DNA of 64,000 nucleotides, from the NCBI GenBank assembly GCA_030390025.1, contig CM059433.1:5084001-5148000 (forward strand), written 5' to 3'. The stretch comes from Squalus acanthias (lineage: Eukaryota). Under the pieces are notes generated by a model. The model saw only the letters and a program-made list of their open reading frames with translations. It had not been told where the DNA came from and made no database searches. The position numbers and the translations under genes were made by a program. Shown here piece by piece: positions 50,103-61,806 of the stretch (the first letter of the stretch is position 1; the number at the start of each line of letters is the position of its first letter).

Positions 50103-50706
50103 TGCTCATCCATGCCTTTGTTACCTCTAGACTTGACTATTCCAACGCACTCCTGGCTGGCCTCCCACATTCCACCCTACGTAAACTTGAGGTCATCCAA
50201 AACTCGGCTGCCCGTGTCCTAACTCGCACCAAGTCCCGTTCGCCCATCACCCCCTGTGCTCGCTGACCTACACTGGCTCCCGGTTAAGCAGCGCCTCGAT
50301 TTCAAAATTCTCATCCTTGTTTTCAAATCCCTCCATGGCCTCGCCCCTTCCTATCTCTGTAATCTCCTTCAGCCTCACAACCCCCCGAGATATCTGCGCT
50401 CCTCTAATTCTGCCCTGAGGATCCCTAATTATAATCGCTCAACCCTTGGTGGCCGTGCCTTCTGTTGCCTGGGCCCTAAGCTCTGGAATTCCCTGCCTAA
50501 ACCTCTCCGCCTCGCTACCTCTCTTTCCTCCTTTAAGACGCTCCTTAAAACCGACCTCTTTGACCAAGCTTTTGGTCACCTGCCCTAATTTATCCTTATG
50601 TGGCTCGGTGTCAAATTTGTTGTCTTATAATACTCCTGTGAAGCACCTTGGGACGTTTTACTACGTTAAAGGGCGCTACATAAATACAAGTTGTTGTTGT
50701 TGTTGT
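50103..50706 (+). mobile_element. L2 3' fragment
   Basis: LHWLPVKQRLDFKIL...KLWNSLP...FKTLLKT; (ttg)n tail. Confidence 0.9.
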
Positions 50707-53299
50707 TATCTGTTTCACCAATTTACAGATTTTATCTCGTTCATTTTTGTAGGTGATTGACTCAGGTTTTATTGACTAACTTTTTACCATTTCACGTATA
50801 ATACCAAAATTCAGATTATCAATTGTTTCACCACTACTAACTAAACCTGCTGCTGTTGATATGAAAGCAACTGTAACTTGCAAAACAATTCATGCTCCAG
50901 TGAGAAATCTAGTGGTAAATTCTTAGAAAATTCTGATTTGACAATTGCATTTTCCAACATTTGAGAGTTTCCTGTAATTCTGCCTTTCATGCCATGTAAT
51001 AAATGATACTGGATAGTTTACAGATACCTTATGTAAAGTAGTTGTACAAGCTTAAATACAACTTTACAGGTTCCAGCTCCTAGATACACCATGCTGTTTT
51101 GTGAACTGAAATCTTTTACAACATAAACCTACAATAATGATTTAAGGTGCCCAAAAGAACTTAATGCAAACAGTTTCAGAACCATGCAGCCCCAAGTTCT
51201 GTTGTTGACACTGACGGACCTGCACCTGTCTGTACAGGTATCAAGGTGGGCAACGTACTTGCAGAGAGAGAGCGTGAGCCAGGCAGGTGTCAGTGTGTGT
51301 CTCGAGCCATCAGTGTGACTGCGGCTGCCCTTCCATCTCCTGTCGCCAAGTGACAGTGCAAACATTTTTTTTTATCATGATGTGAAAGTGAAATTTCCCA
51401 AACTTCTTTAACATGTTTCTGGCTAAGTTTCTATAGTTTCTGAGTTGTAAATCCACTAAATTTCAGTAACGTGCACAAAGAATGCAGTCATAACGAACAT
51501 CCTATAGGCTTCTGTTGTGAAAATTCCAGATCAAAGCTGTCCACAAAATTCTGGGCCACTTCAAGTGGGAGCCATGTGACAGTGTACATGCGTGCTTATT
51601 AAAACAATACAGGTACAATGGAATAGCGTTTATGGTACTAGGCTAGCAATCCAGAGGTTGTAAGTTCAAATCAGATGATAGCAAGTTGTGAAATTCAATT
51701 AAATAGATCTGGTGAAATGTTGTAAAAACCCAACTGGTTCACAAAGGCCCTTCAGGGAGGGGAATCTCCCATTCCCACCCAGCCTGGTTGGCTCTGCACA
51801 ATATGTGGTTGACTCTCAATGTCCTCTGAAGTGGCACAGCAAATCTCTGTGGGCTGGAAACAAAGGCCTTTTCAGGCATGGTGTGCTTCTTATCTCCAAA
51901 CTTTGTTCACGGTTTTAGTGTTGAAATCACCGGTTAAAGCTGATGCTGATTTACCGATCACTGACATCAACAGAATGGGTTCCAGCTCTGTGCAAAGACC
52001 TGAAATAGCGGCTCTACACAGGGAGAAGAAAGAGAAAATATTCATTATTTAGGAGATTCTTTGGCCCAATTATATTAAAGGTGTTGCCATCCCACTCCTT
52101 ATAAACACTTAATAATTGTTGTTAGATTAGCTGGTTGTTAGATTAATGGTCATCCTTAGCATAATGTATTCCATATCGTGTGATAGGGCTGGATGAGGAG
52201 GCTCGTGTGGAGCATAAACCATTCGGGCTGAATAGCCTGTTTCTGTGCTGTAAATTCTATGTAATTCTATGTAATGTGCAAGAACAAAGCCATAACCGCA
52301 TCCTGGAATTGAGCCACAGGTACACCGATGTAAGCAGAACGATTCAGGCGACCTCTCCGAATTGAAATTGTAAATATTGGTATGTACCCCTGAGAGTCAT
52401 GAAGCCTCCACTCTGCGTGGGATTTTGACCCTTCTGGCAAGACGGAGAAGAGTCATAGCATGGAAATCTACCAGCTCCCTCATCACACGCACACATCATT
52501 GGAAATGACATCTTAGAAACCCCTATCCTAGAGTGACTGGCTTTCCACACATTGACAAACCTCCGCAAGCAGACAAGTGCATCCATTCGAAGCGATCTTT
52601 AGATCAGGCAGCTAGAAATCCTGTAACCAGTAACTGAGGTATAGGAAAGGGCAGTGAGAATGATTGGCTGGGCCCTACATTTCATTATAGTTAAGAGATA
52701 ATTATGATAACATCAGCTAGATGTTAGGAAGCGGAGGAAGCTCAATATAATTAAGGAAAATTATGATTAAATCAAAATTGGAATGTTGAAATGTGATCCT
52801 ATTCTATTGGTTTATCTGATTAAACCCTGCTTTAGAACTATAGGATCACATGGCCTCGTCATGAGACTATCCTTCTTGGGTAATGTCGATTTGAATGCCT
52901 TATAAATTTACAGAAATTGGGGAAGGGACAATAAAACATCATTAAAGATTCTTGCTTCAAGGATGAAATGATCCCCAAATATATAATCTTCTTAATTTGT
53001 AATGAACAGTCGAGTTAACTGGTGCCTTTCCTCTGGAAAGCTGAACTTTAAGGATAATTACTTTTGTGGAAATTATATGATTGTCGTGTATCCTAATTTA
53101 ATTGAATTGGCAAGTTAAGAGTTGAAAGGGCTGCGCTACAAATATTTTCAAATTGTATCTGTAGTTTATCGAGATCTTGATCCAAGCATAACTCTAAAGT
53201 AGCAACCCAGCTTATCGGTACTCAAACGGATTAAGTACTTTCATTAAACATGTACTTATCCAGTATCCCTTAGTAGCTGAAGAATTAAAATGGAGGCAC

Positions 53300-54070
53300 A
53301 TTTGACTGGTTCCACTCTGACCTATCCAGTTATAGCCAGAGAATCTCCTGCAATGGGTTCTCTTCCCGCCCCCTGCGTCGTTACCTCTGGACTCCCCCCA
53401 AAGACCGATCCTTGCACCACTCCTATTTCTCATTGACATGCTGCCCCTTGGCGATATCATCCGAAGCTTATCTGCTACTGAAACCCTCACCCAGGCTTTT
53501 GTTACCTCCAGACTCGACTATTCCAACACTTTCCTGGCGGCATCTCATTTTTCACCCTCCATAAACTTGAGCTCTTTAAAAACTCTGCTGCCTGTGTCCT
53601 ATCTCGCACCAAGTCCCGTTCACCCACTACCCAGGTGCTTGCTGACTGACATTGGCCCCTAGCCCACCAAAGCCATTTATTTTAAAGTTCTTATCCTTGT
53701 GCTCAAAGCCCACCAGGGTCTCTCTGCTCCCTATCTCTGTAACCTCCTCCAGCCCTACAACCCTCCGAGAGCTCTGCGTTCCTCCAACTCTGGCCTCGTG
53801 CATCCCCCGCTTCCTTTGCCGCACCATTGACGGCCGTGCCTTCAGCCACCTGGGTGGGAATTCCCTCCCTAAACCTCTCCGCCTCTCCACCTCTCTTTCC
53901 TCCTTTAAGACGCTCCTTAAAACCGACCTCTTTGACCGAGCTTTTGGCCACCTGTTCCAATAACTCCTTATGTGGCTCGGTGTCAATTTTGGTCAATTAT
54001 GCTCCTGTGAAGCACCTTGGGACGTTTTACTATGTTAAATGCGCTATATAAATGCGAGTTGTTGTTGTTT
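53300..54070 (+). mobile_element. L2 fragment with internal deletions
   Basis: MLPLGDIIR, AFVTSRLDYSN and the tail. Confidence 0.8.
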
Positions 54071-54381
54071 ATTGTGATTCATCGGTAGCAGAAAGCAGAT
54101 CAATTACTCACATAATTCAAATCAGGTAACTTGCAGCTGTTCGGGACAACCTCGCAACTTGTGATAAAATGGGAATATCTATAAAGCAGGAAACAACAAA
54201 AATCAAAGGCTGGTCTGGTGCATAACAATCTTTTTTGCCTAAACTTCGTACAACACCTTACAGCAAGAGTGAATACGGTATAACAACTAAAAAATTCAAG
54301 AAAAATGCTCATGTCGGTGAGGTTTTTTATGCTGCAAAGAATTGTGTAATTTTGTTTTTTCGTGGAGATCTGAAGTCCTCA

Positions 54382-55330
54382 ACATAAGAAATAGGAGCAG
54401 GAGTCGGCCATTCGGCCCCTCGAGCCTGCTCCACCATTCAATGAGATCATGGCTGATCCTCTGCCTCATCTCCACTTTCCTGCACTATCCCCATATCCCT
54501 TGATTCCCTTAATATTCAAAAATCTATCGATCTCTGTCTTAAATATACCCAATGACTGAGCCTCCACAGCCCTCTGGGGTAGAGAATTCCAAAGATTCAC
54601 CACCCTCTGTGTGAAGAAATTTCTTCTCATCTCAGTCCTGAATGGCCTACCCTTTATCCTGAGGCTGTGGCCCCTGGTTCTAGACTCCCCAGCCAAGGGA
54701 AACATTCTCCCAGCATCCACCCTATCAAGCCCTGTAATAATTTTGTATGCTTCAATGAGATCCCCTCTCATTCTTCGGAATTCAAGAGAATACAGGCCTA
54801 GTTTACTCAATCTCTTCTCACACGACAGTCCCGCCATCCCAGGAATCAATCCCGTGAACCTTCATTGCACTCCCTCTATGGCAAGTATATCCTTCCTTAG
54901 GTAAGGAGACCAAAATTGTACACAGTACTCCAGGTATGGTCTCACCAAGGCTCTATATAATTGGAGTAAGACTTCTTTACTCCTGTACTCAAATCCTCTT
55001 GTAATGAAGGCCAGCATACCATTTGCCTTCCGAATGGTTTGCTGCACCTGCACATTCACTCTCAGTGACTCATGTACAAGGACACCCAGGTCCCTTTGAG
55101 CATCTGCATTCCCCAATCTTTCACCATTTAGGAAATACTCTGCCTTTCTGTTTTTTCTACCAAAGTGGATAACTTCACATTTATCCACATTATAATCCAT
55201 CTGCCATGTTCTCGCCCACTCACTGAGCCTGTCGAGATCCCCTTGAAGCCTCTTCACATCCTCTTCGCAACTGAGGCTGCCACCTAGCTTTATGTCATCA
55301 GCAAATTTGGAAATGTTACATTTAGTTAAA
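54382..55330 (-). mobile_element. CR1 3' fragment
   Basis: Runs from KFADD to the C-terminus and tail. Confidence 0.9.
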
Positions 55331-55339
55331 CCTTCGCAC

Positions 55340-55760
55340 TTTCTCTTCCAGTATATAAAATTCATCAAATGTTTCGCTACCTTTTGACTCGACGAAGCGA
55401 CGCAGCTGAGAATTTCCGGCTCTGGCTCTTCTTCATTTGCATCCTCCACAGCTTCTGTTTCCGAATCTTTCAGAGAAGAAACAATTGCAACATCAACCAT
55501 TTCTCCTCGCTTTCCATGACAAATTATCTGGCTTTTAACAGGCAGCTGTCATGCGGGACTTTCTGAGCTCTTTAGTGATCAAGCAGTGCATCATCAACAT
55601 CGGCCATCTTACTTTCACACTTCCATTTCCTTTCCTGCTTCTCACTTCTTTCCCAGTCCTTTTAGATGTTCACTTTTCTTTTCAGGTTCTGGAAACCAGA
55701 GATTCAGAAGTGGCATGCTTCTGTGCGACTACCTTTTGAATCTTCAATTCATTCAAACTG
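55340..55760 (-). pseudogene. Degenerate, internally deleted Tigger/pogo-like transposase fossil
   Basis: Broken frames give QKVVAQKHATSESLVSR (HTH-like), DVDDALL (CENP-B HTH-like) and an acidic C-terminus EDANEEEPEPEILS. Confidence 0.45.
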
Positions 55761-55765
55761 TTCAT

Positions 55766-56326
55766 ATACAGGGTCCTGGTGAGACCACTCCTGGAGTATT
55801 GTGTACAGTTTTGGTCTCCTTAGCTAAGGATGAATAGACTTGCCATAGAGGGAGTGCAACGAAGGTTCACCAGACTGGTTCCTGGGATGGGGGGATTGTC
55901 CTATGAGGAGAGATTGAGTAGACTAGGCCTATATTCTCTAGAGTTTAGAAGAATGAGAGGTGATCTCATTGAAACATACAAAATTCTTACAGGCTTGACA
56001 GGGTAGATGCAGGGAGGATGTTTCCCCTGGCTGGAGAGTCTAGAACCAGGGGTCACAGTCTCAGAATAAGGGGTCGGCCATTTAGGACTGAGATGAGGAG
56101 AAATTTCTTCACTCAGAGGATGATGAATCTTTGGAATTCTCTACCCCAGAGGGCTGTGGAGGCTCAGTCGTTGAGTATATTCAAGACAGAGATCGATAGA
56201 TTTTTGAATATTAAGGTAATCAAGGGGATATGGGGATAGTGCAGGAAAGTGGAGATGATGTAGAAGATCAGCCATGATCTCATTGAATGGCAGAGCAGGC
56301 TCGAAGGGCCAAATGGCCGACTCCTT
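55766..56326 (+). mobile_element. CR1 3' fragment
   Basis: ORF2 C-terminus; inverted relative to 54382-55330. Confidence 0.88.
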
Positions 56327-56402
56327 CAGGAAACTCCTGTGTAAGATCCGCATGTCTATGAAATATCTGAATCCTCAGCAACATCGGCATGCTGGTCATT
56401 AC

Positions 56403-57224
56403 GGGGTTAAAATTCATTTGTGCCCAAAAATGGGCGCGTAGGGAACAATCCCTGCACCTGAACGGATAGGCCCGAGACACACCTAATAGTGGGCCTCTGA
56501 CCTCATGATCATCGAACCGGCAAGCTGAGGACACCTAATGGGTGTCCCCAGGCAGCTCGCCAGAGAAGAGGCCTTGAAGATTGGACCACTGCGTCACTGG
56601 CTGCAGCCCTCAGGTAAGTCCCTTAAAGGGGACTGGGAAGGGGGCGGGGGGTGGGGTGGGGACAACCGGGAGGAGGGCAATCAGGAGAGGGGAACAACCG
56701 GAAGAGGGGGCGCTCGGGAGAGGGAGCGATCAAGAGGGAGGGTAGCAGTGGCTGGGATCGGGGAGGGTGGCGACGACAATCGGGTGGGTGTGGTCGAGGT
56801 TGCAATCGGAGATGTGGGGATGGGTGACCAGCAGCGGCCCACGGTTTTATTGTGGAGCTACGGGGAGTACTGCTGCTCCTCCGGGCTCCACATTCAGGTA
56901 AGTATTTTTGATAAACTTACCTTTTGGGGGCGGCCCGCAGTGGCTCCTTTACGGACCGCTGGTTAGGCTGTATGTAGGCATGGTTTTCCTGCATTGTACA
57001 GGGGGGCTCAAACATGCGTTAGGCCCCTTATTTGAAAATGCAAAGGGTCTAACGCCTGTTCAAGGCGTGGGTCGTGCACGCCAAATTATTTTTACCCATA
57101 CCAATACGGTGTGCTGTATATTTCCGGCTCGTGATAAGTGTGCAGATGCTGCCCGACGTATTGGCGGCTTAGGCTCCCATTTATCACCTGAAAAGCAGGA
57201 GTGGCACCATCGAATTTCTAGGCC
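56403..57224. mobile_element. Degenerate Harbinger-type MITE, family C
   Basis: Decayed TIRs ggggttaaaattc / gaatttctaggcc; internal caggtaagt...acttacct palindrome. Confidence 0.55.
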
Positions 57225-57345
57225 TATGAGTCTGGACAGGTGGCTCACTTGCACTCCTGGGCGTGGGGCAACCAAACAAGCAAACTGGGCTGGAAACTCA
57301 GCACCTTTGTTTGGTGGGTAATCGATAGCATTTGGGATAAACTTA

Positions 57346-58028
57346 GGGGGAAAAATTGGGTTGCTTTGTGCTTCCAGTTAGCGCCCCTGGTGGGCGTTAA
57401 TGGGGCGCAAATCCCCTAGCGCCCGGGCGTGGCGCCGCTAAATTCTCCCGCGAAATTCAGCGGGTGGTTAGCGGCAGCAGTGGTCGGTAGCGCCCCGCGG
57501 CGCTGCGCCTCCGGCGATGATGTCATCGCCGTGCACAGCGCCCCGCTCGTGCCCCGGCCGCAAACTTCAGTCGCGCCCCCTGACCTATCGCCGAACGATA
57601 TGTGCGACAGGGTCAGGGCTGGCGTTTTCTGCAGTCGCGGTGGCGCAAATTAAAGGGCAGGTGACGGGTGGCCATTTTTTTTTTGGCCACCTGCCAGCAC
57701 CTGCCCAATCTGGCCTCCTCCTGCGGGGTGCCGGCCGCGATCGGTCAGGTGGTCCAGCAGGGCCCCGGTGCGCGCTGCACTAGGCCCCTCCCCTTCAATC
57801 AGGGGAGGGAGGCCTGCAGTACCGTGGCGCTACGTGCCGATGTGCGTGGCGCTGTTGCACGTAGCGCTGCGATATTGAACGGGAGCAGCCCAGGAAGGAG
57901 GGGGAGCGCTTCCAATAGCCCCGCCCCCTGCTTGGGGCGCTACCACTCAATATACGGTTCGGGGGCGCTAACTTTTTCGGGGCATTAAAAGTAGCACGCC
58001 AAAGGGGGCGCGACCGAATTTTTCCCCC
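57346..58028. mobile_element. GC-rich Harbinger-type MITE, family B
   Basis: TIR gggggaaaaatt(g/c)ggt(t/c)gc; TSD TTA, typical of PIF/Harbinger. Confidence 0.85.
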
Positions 58029-58363
58029 TTAGAGTTTTGTTTTCCATCTGACACTAGATGCATTTTTCTACAAATTTATAGAAATTATATATAAATGTAT
58101 CTTTAGGAATCCTTTAACGGGGCTGCATCGTCGACTAAAGAGATATTACCAACACAGAAAAGAGCAGAACTGTTGAGTTGAGGAAATGTATTAAGGATGA
58201 CAGTTACCAGAAGCAAGAGTGCCATTTAAACAACGGTGCTTATTTTCAGGAATTAAATGGATCATATTTTGAAACAAAAATTACTGTCATTCCTCATTGG
58301 TGACACTTGACAGGTCTGTAAACAGATACTAGAGACAGAGCCACTGTTTTACTGTGATTTAAT

Positions 58364-59127
58364 GGACCAGAAATTCGGCTCTCCGGCTTCCTGCGGGTGC
58401 AAGCATCGCGCGTGTACTTGCCTACCGCGCCTGCAGTTGTGCTTTGGGCCCACGAGGACTTTGGCTCCTGGGCCTCCTCCAGCTGCCGGCGCGCAGTGCT
58501 CGCGTATCCCAGGGGCGCAGTTAGTTCGAAGCGTCCCCTGGGATCACGTGGGCCATGGAGAGCCAATCCTAACAGGGCATTTTCATTCATAGATTTGACA
58601 GGAAGACCTGTCAAATCTATGAATAGAGATCGGCCCCAAAACTACACTTAAACTTCAAATAAATTTTCAAAAAAAAATCACATTTTTAAAATAACTATAA
58701 GTTAAATAAATTAACTACTTTAAACAAAAATGTAAATTTTTGAAAAAATTAATTATACTTTGCAACGGTGCTAAAAATAAACTTACCTTTCTTTAAAGTA
58801 TCTAAAAAAGATAAACCTGTTGAAAAAATGTTTAAATTGTAATTAATTAACCACTTACCTTGTTAAAAACAGGCCTTGCGCCTCCTTTTTAAAAGTGCAG
58901 CTTCTCCATACTTACCTTCCCGGTGAAACCTGAAAAAAACCCGAAGTTCGCTGCGTGCGCGCAGCCTCTCCCGCGCACGCGATCGACTTCTGAACCCCTC
59001 CCTTCAGGGGAACGGAAGTTCCGGTTTCCCGCACATGCGCAGTGCGTGCGTGAAACTGGCACTTCAGGTGGCCTTACGGGTGAGTACACAACGCGTACTC
59101 ACCCGACAACAGCCGAATTTCTGGCCC
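58364..59127. mobile_element. Harbinger-type MITE, family A
   Basis: 17-bp TIR with 1 mismatch, gg(a/g)ccagaaattcggct; TSD AAT. Confidence 0.85.
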
Positions 59128-59612
59128 AATGTCAATTACATCATTATTACACGGATTCGGGACGTATACTGGTGTTTCAGGGATTGCATTCCCAATTCCA
59201 CGTGTTTATAAGAAGGGCTTAAGGTGACTGAACAAGTGAAATTCTGTTTTTGTTACGTGGGATTCTGGGGCCTTTATCCATGTTCTGGGGATCGAATTCT
59301 GTGATTCCGTCCATTCCAACCATAAACCAGTGGTCTTGGCTGTAGGTTATAAGAACATAAGAATTAGGAGCAGGAGTAGGCCATACGGCCCCTCGAGCCT
59401 GCTCCACCATTCAATAAGATCATGGCTGATCTTTGACCTCAACTCCACTTTCCCGCCCAATCCCCATATCCCTTGATTCCCCTAGAGTCCAAAAATCTAT
59501 CTATCTCAGCCTTGAATATACTCATGATGCGGAGATGCCGGCGTTGGACTGGGGTGGACAAAAATGAGAAGTCGCACAACACCAGGTTATAGTCCAGCAG
59601 ATTTATTTAAAA

Positions 59613-59650
59613 TTACAAGCTTTCGGAGCTGTCGCCCCATCCTCAGGTAA
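59613..59650 (-). ncRNA. Minimal type I hammerhead ribozyme (PLE)
   Basis: uuac-CUGAGGA-u-GGGGC gaca GCUCC-GAAA-gcUU-guaa. Confidence 0.75.
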
Positions 59651-60398
59651 AGTTACAATGAGTGAATCTACAATATTTCACAGTATATAAACACAGAAAC
59701 TGCAGAGATACAATCTTTCAGGGAAGGTGTCCTTACATCAAAGACACACCAAGAGCACAGCCAAGACAATGAGATGTGTCACAGGGGGTCCAACGTGTCA
59801 AATCCTGCTGTCTGCAGTTGTTTTTTTTTGTGTTTGTTTTTTTTGTGTTTTTTTTTTAAAAACTGGAAAGACAGACAACGATGTCGAGTCACGTTCTGTA
59901 GCGTGACATGAACCCGATATCCCTATTGAGGCCATCCTCATGGGTGCAGAACTTGGCTATCAGTTTCTGCTCGATGATTTTGCGTTGTCGTGTGTCTCAA
60001 AGGCCGCCTTGGAGAACGCTAACCCGCAGATCGGCGTTCGAGACACACGACAACGCAAAATCATTGAGCAGAAACTGATAGCCAAGTTCCGCACCCATGA
60101 GGATGGCCTCAATAGGGATATCGGGTTCATGTCACGCTACAGAACGTGACTCGACATCGTTGTCTGTCTTTCCAGTTTTTAAAAAAAAACACAAAAAAAA
60201 CAAACACAAAAAAACCCACAAAAAAACCCAACTGCAGACAGCAGGATTTGACACGTTGGACCCCCTGTGACACATCTCATTGTCTTGGCTGTGCTCTTGG
60301 TGTGTCTTTGATGTAAGGACACCTTCCCTGAAAGATTGTATCTCTGCAGTTTCTGTGTTTATATACTGTGAAATATTGTAGATTCACTCATTGTAACT

Positions 60399-60436
60399 TT
60401 ACCTGAGGATAGGGCGACAGCTCCGAAAGCTTGTAA
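60399..60436 (+). ncRNA. Minimal type I hammerhead ribozyme (PLE, mirror arm; one stem II mismatch)
   Basis: uuac-CUGAGGA-u-aGGGC gaca GCUCc-GAAA-gcUU-guaa. Confidence 0.65.
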
Positions 60437-60773
60437 TTTTAAATAAATCTGTTGGACTATAACCTGGTGTTGTGCGACTTCTCATTTTTGAATATACTCA
60501 ATGACTCAGCATCCACAGCCCTTGGGGTAGAGAATTCCAAAGATTCACAACCCTCTGAGTGAAGAAATTCCTCCTCATCTCAGTCTTAAATGGCCGTCCC
60601 TTTATCCTGAGACTATGCCCCCTAGTTCTAGACACTCCAGCCAGGGGAAACAACCTCTCAGCATCTACCCTGTCAATCCCCCTCAGAATCTTATAAATTT
60701 CAATGTGATCACCTCTCATCCATGGAGTCTCATTATTGTTTAGTTTGTTCTTTCCTTTTAGCGGAATATATTT

Positions 60774-61806
60774 TGTAAGGGGTTTTTGTCTCGGGCTTAT
60801 TTGTAGGTCAGCCAGTTATGTTTTCCTGGACTGTCCTGCCCGCTATGCGGTTGCGAATCGCTATCCCCTTTATTAGTTCTGAGCCCAGGACTTATCGAGC
60901 GGCGATAAGGACAAACGAACAGACCCGTGGATTGGTGCGAGGAAAACCAATGTTTATTTACAGAAGTAAAACTACAGAGAAACAGTATCATATGAAGACG
61001 GTTTTACACTTAGCATGGGAAGAGAACGGACACATTGAGGGAAAATCCTAAAATTACAATTATAGCAATATCCCCATTACTTCCCACCCTTATGCCTAAC
61101 TAGAATTGTCTTGCGACAGCCAGAAGAAGAATGCTCACCGTTGAAATGGATGGAAAAACCTGGCCCTGTGCTCTGTTTCTGCCGTCGACACGTGGCTCCG
61201 AAGTTTCTGGTAGTCTTCTTTCTGGGCTGCTGGCCAGCAGACAGAGCGAACCGAGGGTCCAGGCAGAGAGAGAGAGAGAAATGGCTGGGTCTTCCCAGTT
61301 ATACCCCTCCCGGTCGCCCTAATCTTCCTACCGATCAGCTCATTTCTATTGTCTGATCTGGGCATGATGAATTTTAACAAAAGGTACTGGTCTCGGCCCA
61401 TCATGTTAGATGGCCGGTAATTGCATGATACCAGTTCTTCAACTGTCACCCTATTGTTCGACAGGTTCGATGATTGTCCAGAACAGTTCCGTTGATGGGC
61501 CCAGCCCCGTCTCAATGTCCCCGCTGATTATTTGAGCAAACACCTTGAAAGCCTTATGCATAGACCTGATTGTAATGCATAAGGAGAGGTCCTGTAACTT
61601 CCTGTTGCAGACATCGGAATACACAAGCTGATAGCTTCCCAGCGGCGTCTGAAATGAAACTGCCAGGCTCTCGGTCACGAGGTCCGACCGCGGCCATTTT
61701 ATGCCCTGGATTTTAAAACTCAGTCTGACCAGGGTTCCTTATTAATAAGTCCAACAAAAAAAATCTTCGGGGGGGGGAAACACATGAAATTTTGCGAATC
61801 CTTTCA
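60774..61806 (-). mobile_element. Solo LTR (Gypsy/ERV-like), 1033 bp
   Basis: TG...CA ends with imperfect IR (TGTAAGG/TGAAAGG); 4-bp TSD ATTT. Removing it restores the CR1 frame ...NRVQEK-YIPLKGK. AATAAA on the minus strand at ~60953. Confidence 0.85.

Larger units (their letters stand above)
59525..60490. mobile_element. Penelope-like element with inverted arms (fold-back) inserted in CR1
   Basis: Arms ~59559-60001 and ~60037-60490; both encode the GIY-YIG C-terminus (TRQRKIIEQKLIAKFRTHEDGLNRDIGFMSRY); direct repeat TTGAATATACTCA at 59512-59524 and 60488-60500. Confidence 0.92.
59352..60720 (-). mobile_element. CR1 3' fragment hosting a PLE fold-back
   Basis: Subfamily with ccctagagtccaaaaatctatctatctcagcc, different from the 44k host. 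Confidence 0.9.

Noticed and set aside
54862..55500. 212-aa fusion ORF as a real chimeric gene
   Set aside because: A chance in-frame junction between a decayed transposase tail and a 5'-truncated CR1 fragment that ends in a premature stop.
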